Part shown: in pieces, positions 48,537-61,871 of the stretch
Layout: each line of letters starts with the position of its first letter
Numbering within the stretch: position 1 is the first letter of the stretch
NCBI GenBank assembly: GCA_030390025.1
Contig: CM059425.1
Span: forward strand, 163,806,001 to 163,870,000
Source of the DNA: Squalus acanthias
Lineage: Eukaryota
Direction of reading: 5' to 3'
DNA: 64,000 nt
Translations under genes and position numbers: made by a program
The notes under the pieces: generated by a model
Seen by the model: only the letters and a program-made list of their open reading frames with translations
Database searches by the model: none
What the model was told of the DNA's origin: nothing

Positions 48537-51290
48537 CAAGGTAACCATAGCTCTGAATTTTTTCACTAGCGGATCGTTCCGGGCTAGAACAGGCAAAATA
48601 GCAAACATCTCACAGTTCATCATCCATTGCTGCACCCGGGAGGTCACAGAGGCTTTGTATGCTAGGAAAGGGGACTTCATTGTCTTCTCTCTAAACAGAG
48701 AGAAGCTGGAGCAGTGCGCATGCGGCTTTGCCAGGATATCGGGCTTTTCCATGGTGCAGGGTGCCATCGACTGCACACACGTGGCTTTGCGGGCGCCGCA
48801 TGTCAATGGTGAGATGTTCCATAACTGCAAAGGGTTCCACCCACTTAATGTGCAATTGGTGTGCGACCACGCCCAGCACATCATGATGGTGAATGCCCAC
48901 TATCCGGGCAGCGGTCATGATTCGTTCATCCCGCGACAGTCCGCTGTGCCAGCAATCTTCCAGCCTCCATGTCAAACCCAAGGGTGGCTGCTCAGCGACA
49001 AGGGCTATCCGCTCTACACCTGGCTGATGACTCTCCTCCGAAATCCCAACACACGTGGCCAGCACTCATATAATGAGAGCGATGCTACCACGAGGAATGT
49101 CATCGAGCCGACCATCGGGGTGCTGAAGCAATGGTTCTGCTGCCTTGGCTGCTTGGGAATTGCCCTCCAGTACTCGCCGGAGCGGGTGCCCCAATTCATT
49201 GTGGTCTGTTACATCCTCCACAACTTGGCCATCATGAGGGTGCAGCCCTTGCCACCACGGGTTCCTGGGACCAGCACAAGAGGAGGAGGAGGAGGAGGAG
49301 GAGGAAGGGAGGAGGCAGCCTGCACATCCACTTTCTAGACGGGCTGTCCATGAACGCATTAGACTCCAGTTCCCCTGAATGAAACACCAGATCCCCATTG
49401 CTCAACACTTCACTACCTTACCATCCCTCTGTCATGGAACATCACAGCATCCTCTTGGCCACAATGCTGAAATGAAAGCCACCACAAAACAAACATTCCA
49501 AACCGCATTTATAAATAATTCAATCCAATACTACATAACAAAGTCAACTAATCACCCTTGTGCATTCCCTTAGTGTCTGTCTTCCATGTGCCTTTGCCTG
49601 TCCTAGTGCTCCTATGAAGTGCTACCCCAGTGGCTGCAGCATGGCTGGTGGAAGGCTGGTGACTTTCAGTGGTGGAGACTGCAATTGGCCTTGTAAGACA
49701 ACCTCGAGCAGCTCTGGGCCTCGAGTGCCCGGCTGTAGATTGTGGCAGTGGTGGAAGTACAAATGCTGTCATCCTGAGAGAGGACAGCAGGCTGGTGCTC
49801 CACGGAGCCACTGCCACTCCCCCGGGGCGGCGCCTCAACAATGCTAGTAATCTGTTGGAGGACAGATTGCTGGACTGCTCTGACACCCTGAAAGCTCCAT
49901 TCCACCGGTAAACGAAGCCACGATGGCAACAGTCTGAGCTTGCGTGGCAGCAAGCTGAGCCTGCATGAGAGCCGTCTGAGCTTTTATTGCAGCACTCAGA
50001 TGTTGAGTCGCTTCCGCTTGTGCTGCAATGGAAGCTGAGACATCGCCCATCAGACCCTGCATCATGGCTGGGTCCACAAGTGCTCTAATAGAGTTATCCA
50101 TCACTTCCATCCTGGAAATCATGGGCTCCAAGTTCTGCACAAAGCCCTGTACAAGGTTGGTGCCGGACTCCTCCATGCTCCTTGACAGTGAAAACAGGCT
50201 CTCTGGCAGGCCTGCCAATGCACCACGCATTTCTGTGTGCAGGCCCATCACCCTTCTTCTGAAGGCCGCCTCATTGAAGTCCTCATCTGAGTCCTCTGCA
50301 GCAGTACTCCTATGCAACTTCACCCTCCGGGGAGCTGGCACCTGTGCTACCCTGTCCCCCTGCCCTGGCTGCAGCCCACTCGTGCCCGGTGAATCACAAT
50401 GTGCAGGTCCCACCTCTAAGCTACCCTCTAAAGTACGCGCAGTGCCAGATTCTGAGCTGGTGCCTACGAGTGTGAGATTGAGTGACGGTGTCTGTTCTTC
50501 TCTATCAATCTTCTTTTGCTTTTCCTGCGCTGACTGGCTAGGTTGGAGTTCTTGGGTATCTGAAAGGAGAAAGGCACAAGGGTAGGGTTGTGGTGAGGGG
50601 AGGGCGGTGGGGGGAGCAAGATGTGCATTGCTTACACCATCAGCAGCTTGTAAGTGAGAAGAGATTGTGGGATGAGGGGGAAGTGGGATGTGAGAAGGAG
50701 GATTGGGTATGAGCATACCGTCATTTTCAATGGTTTCAGCCTCACCGCTCACCATGGCCTCAGTGACGGCCCCTTCAATAATGTCAAGCACAGTCTCCTC
50801 TAGCTAGGTCATGATGTGCAGGCTTGCTCATCCCCGCTGGTTAGCTGCTGCTGTCTCCAGTTGTGTGCCACCTTGCCCTGCAAGAGAACGGGAAGTGTGT
50901 CAGTGAGTTTGGGTGATGTGCCTGTCATGGTTGAATAGCTGACATTGTGTGCAAGGTGTGAGATGTGGGTGTGAGATTTGCAGCAGTGGTAAGTGTGTGA
51001 TGGTGAGGTGAAGCTATGAATGTGATGTATGAGTCGTGATTGATAAAGATTGTTGCTAGGTGAGTGATGAGGGTGTGGTGCATTGAGCACTGTGTGAGGC
51101 TAGTGGTGCAGTTGGTGGGAGATGGCTTTGGAAGATGCAATCACTAACCCTGACCACTTGTGTGAGGCCATGAAACTTCTTTAAGCACTGAATCCAGGTT
51201 CTCGGGGCAAGACTGCTGGCAGTGACCACTTCAGCTATCTGCTCTCACTGCCTTCTGACTGTGTGTCTGGAGGGCCTCCTTTTGATTCCA
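48537..51290 (+). mobile_element. Decayed Harbinger body: transposase (+, 48537-~49380) and 3-exon Myb remnant (-, ~51285-49548); both ends lost
   Basis: GAIDCTH, LLSDKGY, IEPTIGVLKQ; minus-strand WIQCLKKFH and GKVAHNWRQQQ. Confidence 0.85.
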
Positions 51291-53050
51291 AGGTCTAAAC
51301 TGTTAATATAAATTGTGAACAACAGTGGTCCCAGCATGATCCTTGTGGAACACCACTACCCACCTTCTGCCACTGTGAATAGCTACCCTTTACCCCTACT
51401 CTCTGCTTTCTGTCTTGAAGCCAGCTAGCTATCCATTCTGCTACTTGTTCCCTGACTCTGCATTCTCTGGCCTTATTCATTAGTCTATTATGTGGTACCT
51501 TATAGAAGGCCTTTTGAAAATCTAGATAAATTACATCTACTGCATCACCCTTGTCTTTTCTCTCTGTTACTTTTTCAAAAAATTCAATGCGGTTGGTCAA
51601 GCAAGACTTTCCCTTTTGAAATCCATGCTGACTATTCATTATTATATTTTTGGTTTCTAGATGATCTTCTATTTTCTTCTTTAGTAGGAATTCCATTACT
51701 TTTCCCATCACCGATGTTAAGCTGACTGCTCTATAGTTCCCTGGACATGTTCTATCTCCCTTCTTGAATATAGGTACTACGTTAGCTATCCGCCAGTCCT
51801 CTGGCACTACACCTTTTTCTAATTAATTATTAAATATGTATAGTAATGCCTCTGCTATCTCTTCCCTAGATTATTTTAAAATGTGCAGACGTAGTCCATC
51901 CGGACCAGAGTTTTGTTCCTCTTTGAGTTTGATTAGTTTATTTAATATATCTCCTCTTTTTATTTTAATTTTAAATGCAATTGTTTCATTACTAATCTCA
52001 TGATCCAATGTCATGTCCACCTGTTCTATCTCCCTGGTAACTACTGAGGCAAAGTAATTATTTCATATTTCTGTCATCTCTCTATCACTGCCTGTGGTAT
52101 TATCCTGTCCATCCCTTAGTGGCCCTATTCCCATCGCGAATTTCCTTTTTTATTTATGTGCCTGTAAAATATTTTACTATTTTGTTTTATGTTACTTGAT
52201 AATTTAATTTCATAGTTCATCTTAACCTTCCTAATTGTTTTTTGACTTCTTTCCTAATCTCTTCGTATTTTCCCTTATCATGCTCTCCCCTGCTGTCCAT
52301 GTACTTAATGTATGCCTTTTTCCTTACCCTCAATTTTTCCCTTATGGTTTTATTCATCCATGGTGTCTCATTAGTGTTTAGCTTGTTCTTGTTTTCTGTT
52401 GAACACCATTTTAAATGTTTCCCATTGCTGTTCTACATCATTGTTTGCCAATATTGTTGTCTATTTTATTTTCCCAAGTTCTATTCTCAGCCCCTCAAAT
52501 TCAGCTTTTCTCCAATCTATTACCCTGTTCTTCATCATACTTATGTCCTTCTCAATTATTATTTTAAGGCGTATTATATTATAGTCACTATTGCCTAGAT
52601 GTTCCCCTACTTTTACTTCTCTTATCTGCTCTGGTTTATCCCCCATTACTAGATCCAATAGCGAATCCTCCCTTGTTGTGATTTTTACATATTGGGTTAG
52701 AAAGGAGTCCTGTACACATTATAGGAACTCCATTCCCTTATCCCCTTTACCTACCTCAATTAATATCGGGGTAGTTGAAATCCCCATTATTATTATTCTA
52801 TGTTTTTTCACTCATTTCCCTAATTTGTTCGCATGTTTCTTCCTCCACCTCCCTTCCACTATTAGGTGGACTGTAGACCACCCCTATTTGTGTGATTGAT
52901 CCTTTATTATCTTTTATCTTTTATCTCTATCCACATGGATTCTATTTTTGTCTTGCTGATAGCTGCGTCACTTTTTTCTACTGCCATTATGTTATCCCTA
53001 ATAAGTACAGATACTCCACCTCCCGTTTTTCCCTCTCTATCTTTTCTAAA

Positions 53051-53426
53051 CATGATGTGGAGATGCCGGCGTTGGACTGGGGTGGACAAAAATGAGAAGT
53101 CGCACAACACCAGGTTATAGTCCAACAGATTTATTTAATTTTACAAGCTTTTGAAGCAGTTCGCTCCTTCGTCAGGTAAGTTAGCAATGAGAGAATCTCC
53201 CAGAATTCACAATTTAAACCCAGACAAAATCTATTCACATTATTCCCTGCAACAAAGAGTTGTTGCAGGGAATAATGTGAATAGATTTTGTCTGGGTTTA
53301 AATTGTGAATTCTGGGAGATTCTCTCATTGCTAACTTACCTGACGAAGGAGCGAACTGCTTCGAAAGCTTGTAAAATTAAATAAATCTGTTGGACTATAA
53401 CCTGGTGTTGTGCGACTTCTCATTTT
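53051..53426. mobile_element. Fold-back Penelope pLTR insertion (167-bp arms, 4-nt loop)
   Basis: 53089-53255 pairs with 53260-53426 with 1 mismatch; preceded by the reversed tail; 13-bp TSD TTTTCTAAACATG (53042-53054, 53423-53435). Confidence 0.92.
53336..53374 (+). ncRNA. Minimal hammerhead ribozyme; mirror copy on minus at 53141-53179 has a G-to-A core change
   Basis: TTAC-CTGACGA-A-GGAGC(GAACT)GCTTC-GAAA-GCTT-GTAA. Confidence 0.78.
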
Positions 53427-53465
53427 CTAAACATGTTATACCCTGCAATGTTTAACTCCCAATCC

Positions 53466-55745
53466 TTATGGAATTTTCTGCTTTCTCTGATAGTCACCCT
53501 CACCAAATACAGTGCATCCATCAGGTGAACACATGTCATTATACTCACTTATAGGTCTGTTCTTTCCCCCGTTGCAGGAGAAGAGAGCGCAAAACACAAG
53601 GGGGAGGGAGAGAACCAGAGGTGGTCCTCCACAGATTTCCCAGTTGACAGTTGAAGAGGAGGAAGCACTGGAGATCACTGGCATCTCAGTGTACCTGACT
53701 ATTAGAGATGGGGAGCTCCCAGTTACCTGGAGACAGAATTAAATATTAGCCACCCACATGTCATACAGCACTCAGTCATGTTGACTTAATTTCAGCAGCG
53801 AGTGAAATATAATCATCTTCATAATACTAAGTTGCAACATTCTTACCTTGCCAGTACTAATTCATATCTTTTCTCTCCACTAGGGTCTTCACATGTACAG
53901 CAGCAGTCGGTGGACTTCCTGGACGACGAATCCTCAGAGGAGCTGACTCATTCTGAGGGTGCATGTCACAGGACTCATGTTTACCCTGCAGCAGTGCATG
54001 TACTCGCACTTTGGTTGATCCAGTTAGACAGATAGTTGGATTTTCACCTGGTGCCTCACAGTTCACAAGAAAGCAAGAACAGACGGTAGTGGCTTAGACA
54101 GATGTGGAGAGTCTGCGTTGGAGGGTGCAGCCCTCTCCAAACTCTCAGCTAGACACAGATGCTGTACACCTGGAGCTGCCAATGAAAAGGAGAATTATTG
54201 AGCAGCAGCAGAAAATCTGCCATGTACTGGCAGACCTTCCATGCACACTGTCCATGATTCTAGAGAGAATGGAGGAATCCAGCTCAAGTATGAGTGAGTT
54301 GATGTCACAGGGCATTGCGATGATGTGTTCTGGCATGGATAGATTGGCCACCTCTGTGGAACATCAACCATGGCAATCAAATGAGTCCATGCAGGCCTTA
54401 ACCACGGCCATGCACACTCTAGATGCTAACATGTCTGGTGCCTTAAATAGGATGACAGATACCTTAGCCCTGGCCTTAAAACATGTCACTGATCTGCACC
54501 AAGTTGCTCTCCAGCAGCGTTGTAGAAGTGAAGTGCAGCTGACTCATGAGAGGGTTAATGGCGAAAGGGGACATGGAAGTGGGAGCTCCACTCAAAGTGC
54601 TCTCACTTCTGACCTGTGCCCCACCGCCCCCACCCCCCCCACAGTCAGTACCCAACATGCTGCCTCCTCTCCTGATGATTGAGTCCGCCATTGCACAGGT
54701 GCAGGTGGCGCAGTCTTTGGCGAGGTGCCTTGTTCCTCCTGCAGTTCCAATCCTGGCTGCTGTACAATGTTGTTTAGAGTGCAGTAAACCACGATCAATC
54801 TGGAGATCCTGGCTTGTGAGTACTGAAGGGCACCTCCAGATCTGTCCAGGCACCTGAAGTGTATCTTGAGCATGCTGATCGCTTGCTTAATAACACATCT
54901 GGTTGTCATATGGCTTTCATTGTACCACTCTTGGGCTTCAGTGGTGGGTTTCTCATGGGTGTCATCACCCAAGTTTGAAGTGGGTATCCTTTATCTCCTA
55001 GCAGCCACCCCAGGTGCAAAGAGGTCGGGGAGTTTGGACTGCCGCAGGATAAAAGCATCACGGCAGCTCCCCAAGAATTTGGCACACACCTGCATAAACC
55101 ATTTCTTGTGGTTACACACCAGCTGCACATTGATGGAATGGAATCCCTTGTAGTTTACGAATATTCCTGGTTGATATGCGGGTGGATGGATTGCCACATG
55201 TGTGCAGTCAATGATGCCATGCACTTTTGGGAAGTTTGAGATGCAAACCCGAGCACACGCTCATTCTAACTAGTGTCGTCACAGGCGAAGTTGACATAAT
55301 TGCCGGCAAACAACCCATCAGTGACCTGCCTTATGCATTTATGTGCAGCCAACTGGGAGGTCCTGGATATGTTTCTGGCAGCGCCCTGGAAGGATCTGAC
55401 AAAAAAGTTGAGGGCAGTGGTCACTTTCACACCAACTGGTAACATGTGGCCACGAGGTCCAGCCGGAAACAAGTCTTCTTCTAGGAGGCTGCAGATGTCT
55501 GCCACCACCTGACGTGACAACTTGAACCTACGGAAGCAACGCTCTCCGGAGGCCTGCCCAGGAGCTATAGTGGGAGGCCTGGTCCATTTTAATTGCTGGG
55601 CCACATTAACATCTCACAACCAGCTACCCACCTGAAATGAGCATCCAAAGGCAGCTCGTCAGCTTTGGGCCTATGAAAATCGGCAGTCAGGTAAATCACG
55701 GGGGAGTGGGGTGGCGGTGTTCAGGAGGGTTTTGCGGAAAAGGGT
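53466..55745 (-). mobile_element. Decayed Harbinger: Myb exons 2-3 on + (~53577-54700) abutting a transposase remnant on minus (~55560-54730)
   Basis: EKRAQNTRGRERTRGG; GIIDCTH, LLGDKGY. Confidence 0.8.
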
Positions 55746-55754
55746 TTTTACAAC

Positions 55755-55985
55755 AAAAGAAAGAAAGATAGACTTGTATTTATATAGCGCTTTTCACGAC
55801 CTCAGGATGTCCCAAAGCACTTTACAGCCAATGAAGTACTTTTGAAGTGTAGTCACTGCTGTAATGTAGGAAATGCGGCAACCAATTTACGCACAGCAAG
55901 GTCCCACAAACAGATATGTGATAATGACCAGATAATCTGTTTTAGTGAGCTTGGTTGAGGGATACCAGGGAGAACTCCCCCACTC
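55755..55985 (-). mobile_element. DeuSINE-like 3' fragment
   Basis: Tail plus core similar to 39718-39905. Confidence 0.65.
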
Positions 55986-57603
55986 CTGTTCCTCCGGGCT
56001 TCACAAAGGTAAGTTTTGAATTTACCTGACAGGGCATCTACTAGGTGTTATCCATATTTTTCTAAGTGGGGCAACGGATGCGGACACCTGCTCAGTAGGC
56101 AGTACAAATAGCATTGGGGTCCTGTCTAAGTGCTAGGACTCCGATTTGCATATATTTATGAACCTTCCATCTGAGTCAGGCGAGCACCTCAGCCACCCAA
56201 GGAAACAGTTAAAATAGCTGCGTGGCATGTAACAAGTGGTAAGTGTACGGCTTGGATTTTAACTCCCATTCTACCCAGCTAAAATGCCCCCTCAAGTGTC
56301 ATAAATGTGTGCCCATCCCCCACCCTTGAGCATCAGTGTGAGTGACATTATTTTTTTTAGGACAAAAGCAGCTATTAAGACAAAGAAAATTGCTAATCAA
56401 AACAAGCCTCTGGCCCCACTCTGAGCAAAGCAGCAGAGCAGGGCTTGGACCAATTAAAACAGATAAGTACTCGGTTTCACACACACTGACATTCTCAGCC
56501 ATGTCTGCGACTGGTAGAAATCCTTTTGCGATCTGGACTGCTGGAAAGGAAGAGAGAAAACATGTTTTTATCTCGATCATGGAACATGGAATTGTGATTT
56601 GTTTTACCCTAAACCTTTGCCTGAGTGAGAGAGTTTCAAGTGACAGAGTCATTGCAGACTAGTTAATCTCAATTGTGAGATGGTCATTTATTTAAATACA
56701 TGCAAGGTCCTTTAAGACCTGTTCCTTAGCAGTTCTAAGTCAGCACTTTTAAATTATATAGTGTCATCGACTGCTGATATGTGCCACCATATGTTATGTA
56801 CTTCATTTGTTAGCTAGCCAATTGATTTTATATAGTTTGCTCATATAATTTCCTGATCAACTGTGAGAAACATTGTGCCCAGTAATTCATTGGCATCACA
56901 CACAAGGAACTAATCCTAGAAGTAATTGTATGATCCTGGGCTCCCAGTGGGAAAACCTTGCTTGAAGAGAGGGCAGATGAATGATAGCGCTACAATATTG
57001 TAGCCCTGATTGTCTGAGTTGCTTTCATGTTGGGTGCTGGGAGCAAAGAATTGCACAATCCCCCCCATCTATCTCTGTATGGAATTTTTTTTCTGTGGTT
57101 GATGCCATACTCAATCAGCCCGATAATGCGTCAGTAAATGTGATCACCTTACTGTAACCATTCTATGAAACAAGCTCAAATAGATGCCTGTGATCAAAAG
57201 AATGAAAATGAACGACACCAGCAGAACGGGGGGAATTTTTCCTCCAGATGCCCTGAGCAGCATGCAACTCGCGTTTCTTTCTCTGCAGAAAGCCAGGAGT
57301 TTTGTGTGGATGGAAAGAAAAACTAAAACGGTCTGTGGCTTTAAAATGGATCTTCTCTGTCAATGCAAAAAAAAAATTCATAGAATAGTCATTCCTTTCA
57401 TTGCTACTCTTCAATCTTCCTTTGAGTTAATGTTATATAAGATCACATGTCTGACAGGAGTAAAATGATGAATGGAAAGAAACATAAGGACAGGAATAAG
57501 GAAGTTAATAAAATTTTCATTCATGATGAAAAAGTCTGATATGTAATAGGCATCAACCAAGGTAGTAAGGTAAACTCAATTTCTTAAAGCTTGAAAACAT
57601 GTT

Positions 57604-59301
57604 GGCTGCGAAATTCGGCACCTTAGCGTCGGCTGTTAAGGCTGGTTTCGGAAAAAAAAAGTTGGCCGTCTCGCTTCCGCCCACTTTCAGTGTGTGTTGC
57701 GGCAGCCACCATTGTGGGCAGGTCGGTAGCGCGACCGTTGCCTGCCTCCGCCAGAAGAATGCTATTGGGTCAGATTGTGACATCAATCAGCATTAGCAGT
57801 GCTGGCCCTTGACATGCAAATCTGCAGAGCGTGACATAAGTCATCGTGCAACGCTGACTTGCTGCCACGCTCTGCGAACATGGACTTTTCCACTGAGTTT
57901 AACGCTGGGTCCTAAGCTCGCTCAGAAAAGCGAACATGCAGCAGACCTACAGAGATGCTGTCAGCGCTACTTATAGGAACACACACATCTTTCAGGTAAG
58001 TTGCATTTAAGCATTTGGTGCAATAGATGTTAAAAGTTGTTAAAGTGTGCAGGGAGTGCTGCTGGATGCTTGCAAGGCCTCGGATGGTAAAGGAAGGCCT
58101 CTAAGAAGACAGAAAATGCTGGAAATACTCAGCAGGTCAGCCAGCATATGTGGAGAGAGAAACAGAGTTCATGCATCAGGTCGAGATGCTGCTTGACCTG
58201 CTGAGTATTTGTAGCATTTTCTGCTTTTATTTCAGATTTCCAGTATCCACTCAGAGAGGGAAGAGGAAGACGTAGAAGAGGAAGACACAGAAGAGGGAGA
58301 CACAGAAGAGGGAGATGCAGAAGAGAAGGAGGCAGAAGAGGAACAAGCAGAAGGAAGGATGCAACCCAGACAGCCCCTTTCTGTCCGGGATATCTGGGAT
58401 GGAATTATCCGCCTGTGGTACCAGTGACACAATCCCAACTCCCCTTTCAACATTTGTCTCACACCTTACCTTCCCTCTGTTACTGACCATCACAGCGTTC
58501 TCTTGGCCACAATGCTGAAATAAAAGCCACCACAAAGCAAACTTTCCAATCCAACTTTATACATCTATTCATCCAATATGATGTCAAGAAATCATCCTTC
58601 TGCATTCCCTTAGTCTTGTGTTTGCCTTTCCTATCCTACTGATGTCATGCAGTGCTACCCCAGTGGCTGCAGCATGGCTGGTGGAAGGCTACTGACTTTC
58701 AGTGGGGGACACTGCAAATGGCCTTGCAGGTCGACCTTTAGGAGCTGGTGGCTGGGAGTGTGAAATTGAGTGACGGTGTTTCTTCTTTTCTTCTTCTTCA
58801 CTCTCCTCTCCCTCTTCTTGGTCACCCACTGGCTTTTGAAGATGCATTCACTGACCTTGACCACTGGTCTGAGGTCATGAAGCTTCTTTGGGCACTGGAG
58901 CCAGGTGGTGGGGGCGACACTGCTGGCAGTGACAGCCTCAGTGATGTGGTCCCACATCGTTCTTTCTGGAGGGCCTCCGGGCCCCTGTGGGTAGAGGACC
59001 TCTCTTGCAGTGTTGACCCCCTACACAAAGCTCGACTGCTGCATGCGAGACCCTGGGTGCCCCTTCCCTTGCCTGTTGAGCCATTTGTGTTAGTGTTGAA
59101 GCACTTCTCCCATTCCTTTAGGTGCGGACGGCAATTCAGCTTAAGAGCTGAAGACTGCCATTTGGGAATTATTTTTAATGTTTATTGTTTTTCAGCAGGC
59201 AGCATCAAAATACCAGTGCTGCCAGCACGATTAATTCGGGCGGCCTTTAACTGCAGCCAACGGTGGCACTGGCAGCTTTTCAGTGCACTCGAATTTTTAG
59301 C
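57604..59301 (+). mobile_element. Deleted Harbinger related to 33295-35192
   Basis: Ends GGCTGCGAAATTC / GAATTTTTAGC; acidic transposase tail at 58255-58360; Myb remnant WDHITEAV...WLQCPKKLHDL on minus. Confidence 0.7.
58107..58248. mobile_element. Small inverted PLE family-2 terminal fragment
   Basis: CAGAAAATGCTGGAAATACTCAGCAGGTCA ... TGACCTGCTGAGTATTTGTAGCATTTTCTG; matches 39630-39715. Confidence 0.7.
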
Positions 59302-59310
59302 AAAGAGAGT

Positions 59311-60283
59311 TGTGAATGGCTGGTTTTCAGCCTGGAGGGAGGTATACAGTGGCAATCCCCAAGGTTCAGTACTAGGACCACTGCTATTTTGATATACATT
59401 AATGACTTGGACATGAGGGTACTGGGCACAATTTTGAAATTTACAGATGACACAAAAATTGGAAGTGTAGTAAACAGTGAGGAAGATAATAATAGACTTC
59501 AAAAAGACATAGACAGGCTGGTGGAATGGGCGGCCACATAGCAGATGAAATTCAACGCAGAGAAGTGTGAGGTGATACATTTGGGTAGCAAGAATGAGGA
59601 GAGACCATACACACTAAATGGTACAATTTTAAAGGGAGTGCAAGAACAGAGAGACCTGGGGGTGTTTGTGCACAAATCTTTGAAGGTGGCAGGGCAGGTT
59701 AACAAAACAGTTAATAAAGCGTATGGGATCCTGGGCTTTATAAATAGAGGCACAGAGAACAAAAGCCAGGAAGTTATGCTAAATGTATATAAAACACTAG
59801 TTCGGCCCCAGCTGGAGTATTGTTTGCAATTCTGGGCACCACACTTTAGGAAGGGCATGAAGGCTTTGGAGGGGGTACAGAAGAGATTTACTAGAATGGT
59901 TCCAGGACTAGAGAAGCTGGGATTTGATAGAGGTGTTTAAAATCATGATGTGTTCAGATTGAGTAAATAAAGAGAAACTGTTTCCAATGGCTGAAGGGTC
60001 GATAATGAGAGGGCATAGATTTAAGGTACTTGGGAAAAGAACCAGAGGCGACATGAGGAAATACCTTTTTACGCAACGAGTGGTTAGGATTTGGAGTGCA
60101 CAGATTCAATAGTAGCCTTCAAAAGGAAATTGGATAAATAGTTGAAGGAGAATAAATTGCAGGGATATGGGGAAAGAGCAGGGGAGTGGGCCTAATTGGA
60201 TTGCTCTTCAAAAGAGCCGGCACAGCCTCGATGGGCCAAATGGCCTCCTTCTGTGCTGTACTATTCTATGATTCTACGATTCA
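59311..60283 (+). mobile_element. CR1-type LINE fragment
   Basis: PQGSVLGPLLF, FTDDTK; ORF 59545-59940; tail. Confidence 0.9.
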
Positions 60284-61780
60284 GTCATGGGGGCTTTACT
60301 TGCAGTCCCCCTTGCGCTGGAGCGTGACAAGGAGATGGAGCAGAGGCATCAAAGAAGAGGACAAGCTGCTCGCAGAGGGAGGAGGAGGAGGGGCAGGAGG
60401 GCTCTCAGCAGGGGGCCTTACCCACCTAGGGTCTTCCGGGAGCACTTTACCTACCTGCACTTAAGTCAGGAGCAGTGAATTCGGAGGCTCTGCTTCACCA
60501 AGGACGTGGTCACAGAACTCTGCCACCTCCTGGAACCAGACCTACAGCCTCAGAGCTGGGCGACGATGGCTCTCCCAGTGGCCCTCAAGGTCACCATGGC
60601 CCTCAATTTTTTCACCAGCGGATCCTTCCAGTCTGAAGCAGGTGACATAATTAACATCTCCCAGTTCGCCATCCATTGCTGCATCCGGGTGGTCACAGAG
60701 GCTCTATGCTCCAGGGACTTCATTGTCTTCTCTCTGAACTGAGAGAAGCATGAGGAGCGCACATGTGGCTTTGCCAGGATATCGGGCTTGCCCATAATGC
60801 AGGGCGCCATTGACATGGCTTTGCGGGTGCTCAATCCTGAGATGTTCCGTAATCGCAAAGTCTACCACTCACTCAATGTGCAGTTGGTGTGCGACCACGC
60901 CCAGCACATCATGATGGTGAATGCCCGGTATCATGGCAGCAGTCATGATGCCTTCATCCTGCGCCAGTCCGGTGTGCCAGCAATCTTCCAGCCACCACAT
61001 CGAACCCGAGGGTGGCTGCTCAGAGACAAGGACTATCCGTTCTACACCTGGCTGATGACTCCCCTCCGCAACCCCACCACTCGTGGCCAGCAATAATGAG
61101 AGCCATGCTGTTGGGTTACTAAAGCAATGGTTCCGCTGCATTGACCGTTTGGGAGGAGACCTCCAGTACACGCTGAAGCGGGTGTCCCATTTAGTGGTGG
61201 TCTGCTGCATCCTCTGCAACATGGCCATCATGAGGTGCAGCCCTTGTCACAACGGGTTCCACGATCACATCAGGAGGAGGAAGGGAGGAGGCAGGCAGCA
61301 GATAACCATTCTGGACAGGCTGTCTGTGAGCGCCTCATCAGAATCCAGTTCCCCTGAATGAAACCCCAGATCACCGTTGCTCACCACTTCCCCACTTACC
61401 ATCCATCTGGCACAGAAAATTAGAGCATCCTCTTGGGCACAAAGCTGAAATGAGAGCCAACACAAAACAAACATTCCAAACATAATTTATAAATGAATCA
61501 ATCCAATACTACATAGCAAAGTCAACTAATCACCCTTGTGCATTCCTTTAGTGTCTGTCTTTTGTGTTCCTTTGCCTATTCTAGTGCTCCTACACAGTGG
61601 CTGCAGCATGGCTGGTGGAAGGCTATGGGGGACACTGCAGATGGCCTTGCAGGACGACCTCGAGTGGCTCTGGGCCAGAAGGCTTGGCTGTAGGCTGCAC
61701 CGCCTCAGCATGGGCGGCAGCAGGGGCACTGGCAGAGTGGCAGTGGTGTGAGTACGAATGCTGTCATCCTGAGAGAGGAC

Positions 61781-61818
61781 TTCACCTGACGAAGGAGCAG
61801 CGCTCCGAAAGCTTGTGA
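61781..61818 (+). ncRNA. Minimal hammerhead ribozyme
   Basis: TCAC-CTGACGA-A-GGAGC(AGC)GCTCC-GAAA-GCTT-GTGA. Confidence 0.78.
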
Positions 61819-61871
61819 TTTCAAATAAAGCTGTTGGACTATAACCTGGTGTTGTGCGACTTCTCACTTTT
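61781..61871 (+). mobile_element. 91-bp hammerhead-containing Penelope pLTR insertion with a 15-bp TSD
   Basis: ATCCTGAGAGAGGAC at 61766-61780 and 61872-61886. The insert is near-identical to 63361-63451. Confidence 0.9.

Larger units (their letters stand above)
51295..53465 (-). mobile_element. Old CR1 LINE internal fragment (endonuclease to RT)
   Basis: PEDWRIANVVPIFKKG, SQHGF, HLGNSDYN, GGGVSVLI. Confidence 0.85.

Noticed and set aside
48391..49338. 315-aa ORF as a SINE-transposase fusion gene
   Set aside because: Chance in-frame junction; the transposase part is degenerate and lacks its N-terminus.
53131..53384. Near-identical peptides on both strands
   Set aside because: Consequence of the DNA palindrome.
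56299..57470. Several 80-117 aa ORFs in unique sequence
   Set aside because: No recognisable domains or consistent splice structure.
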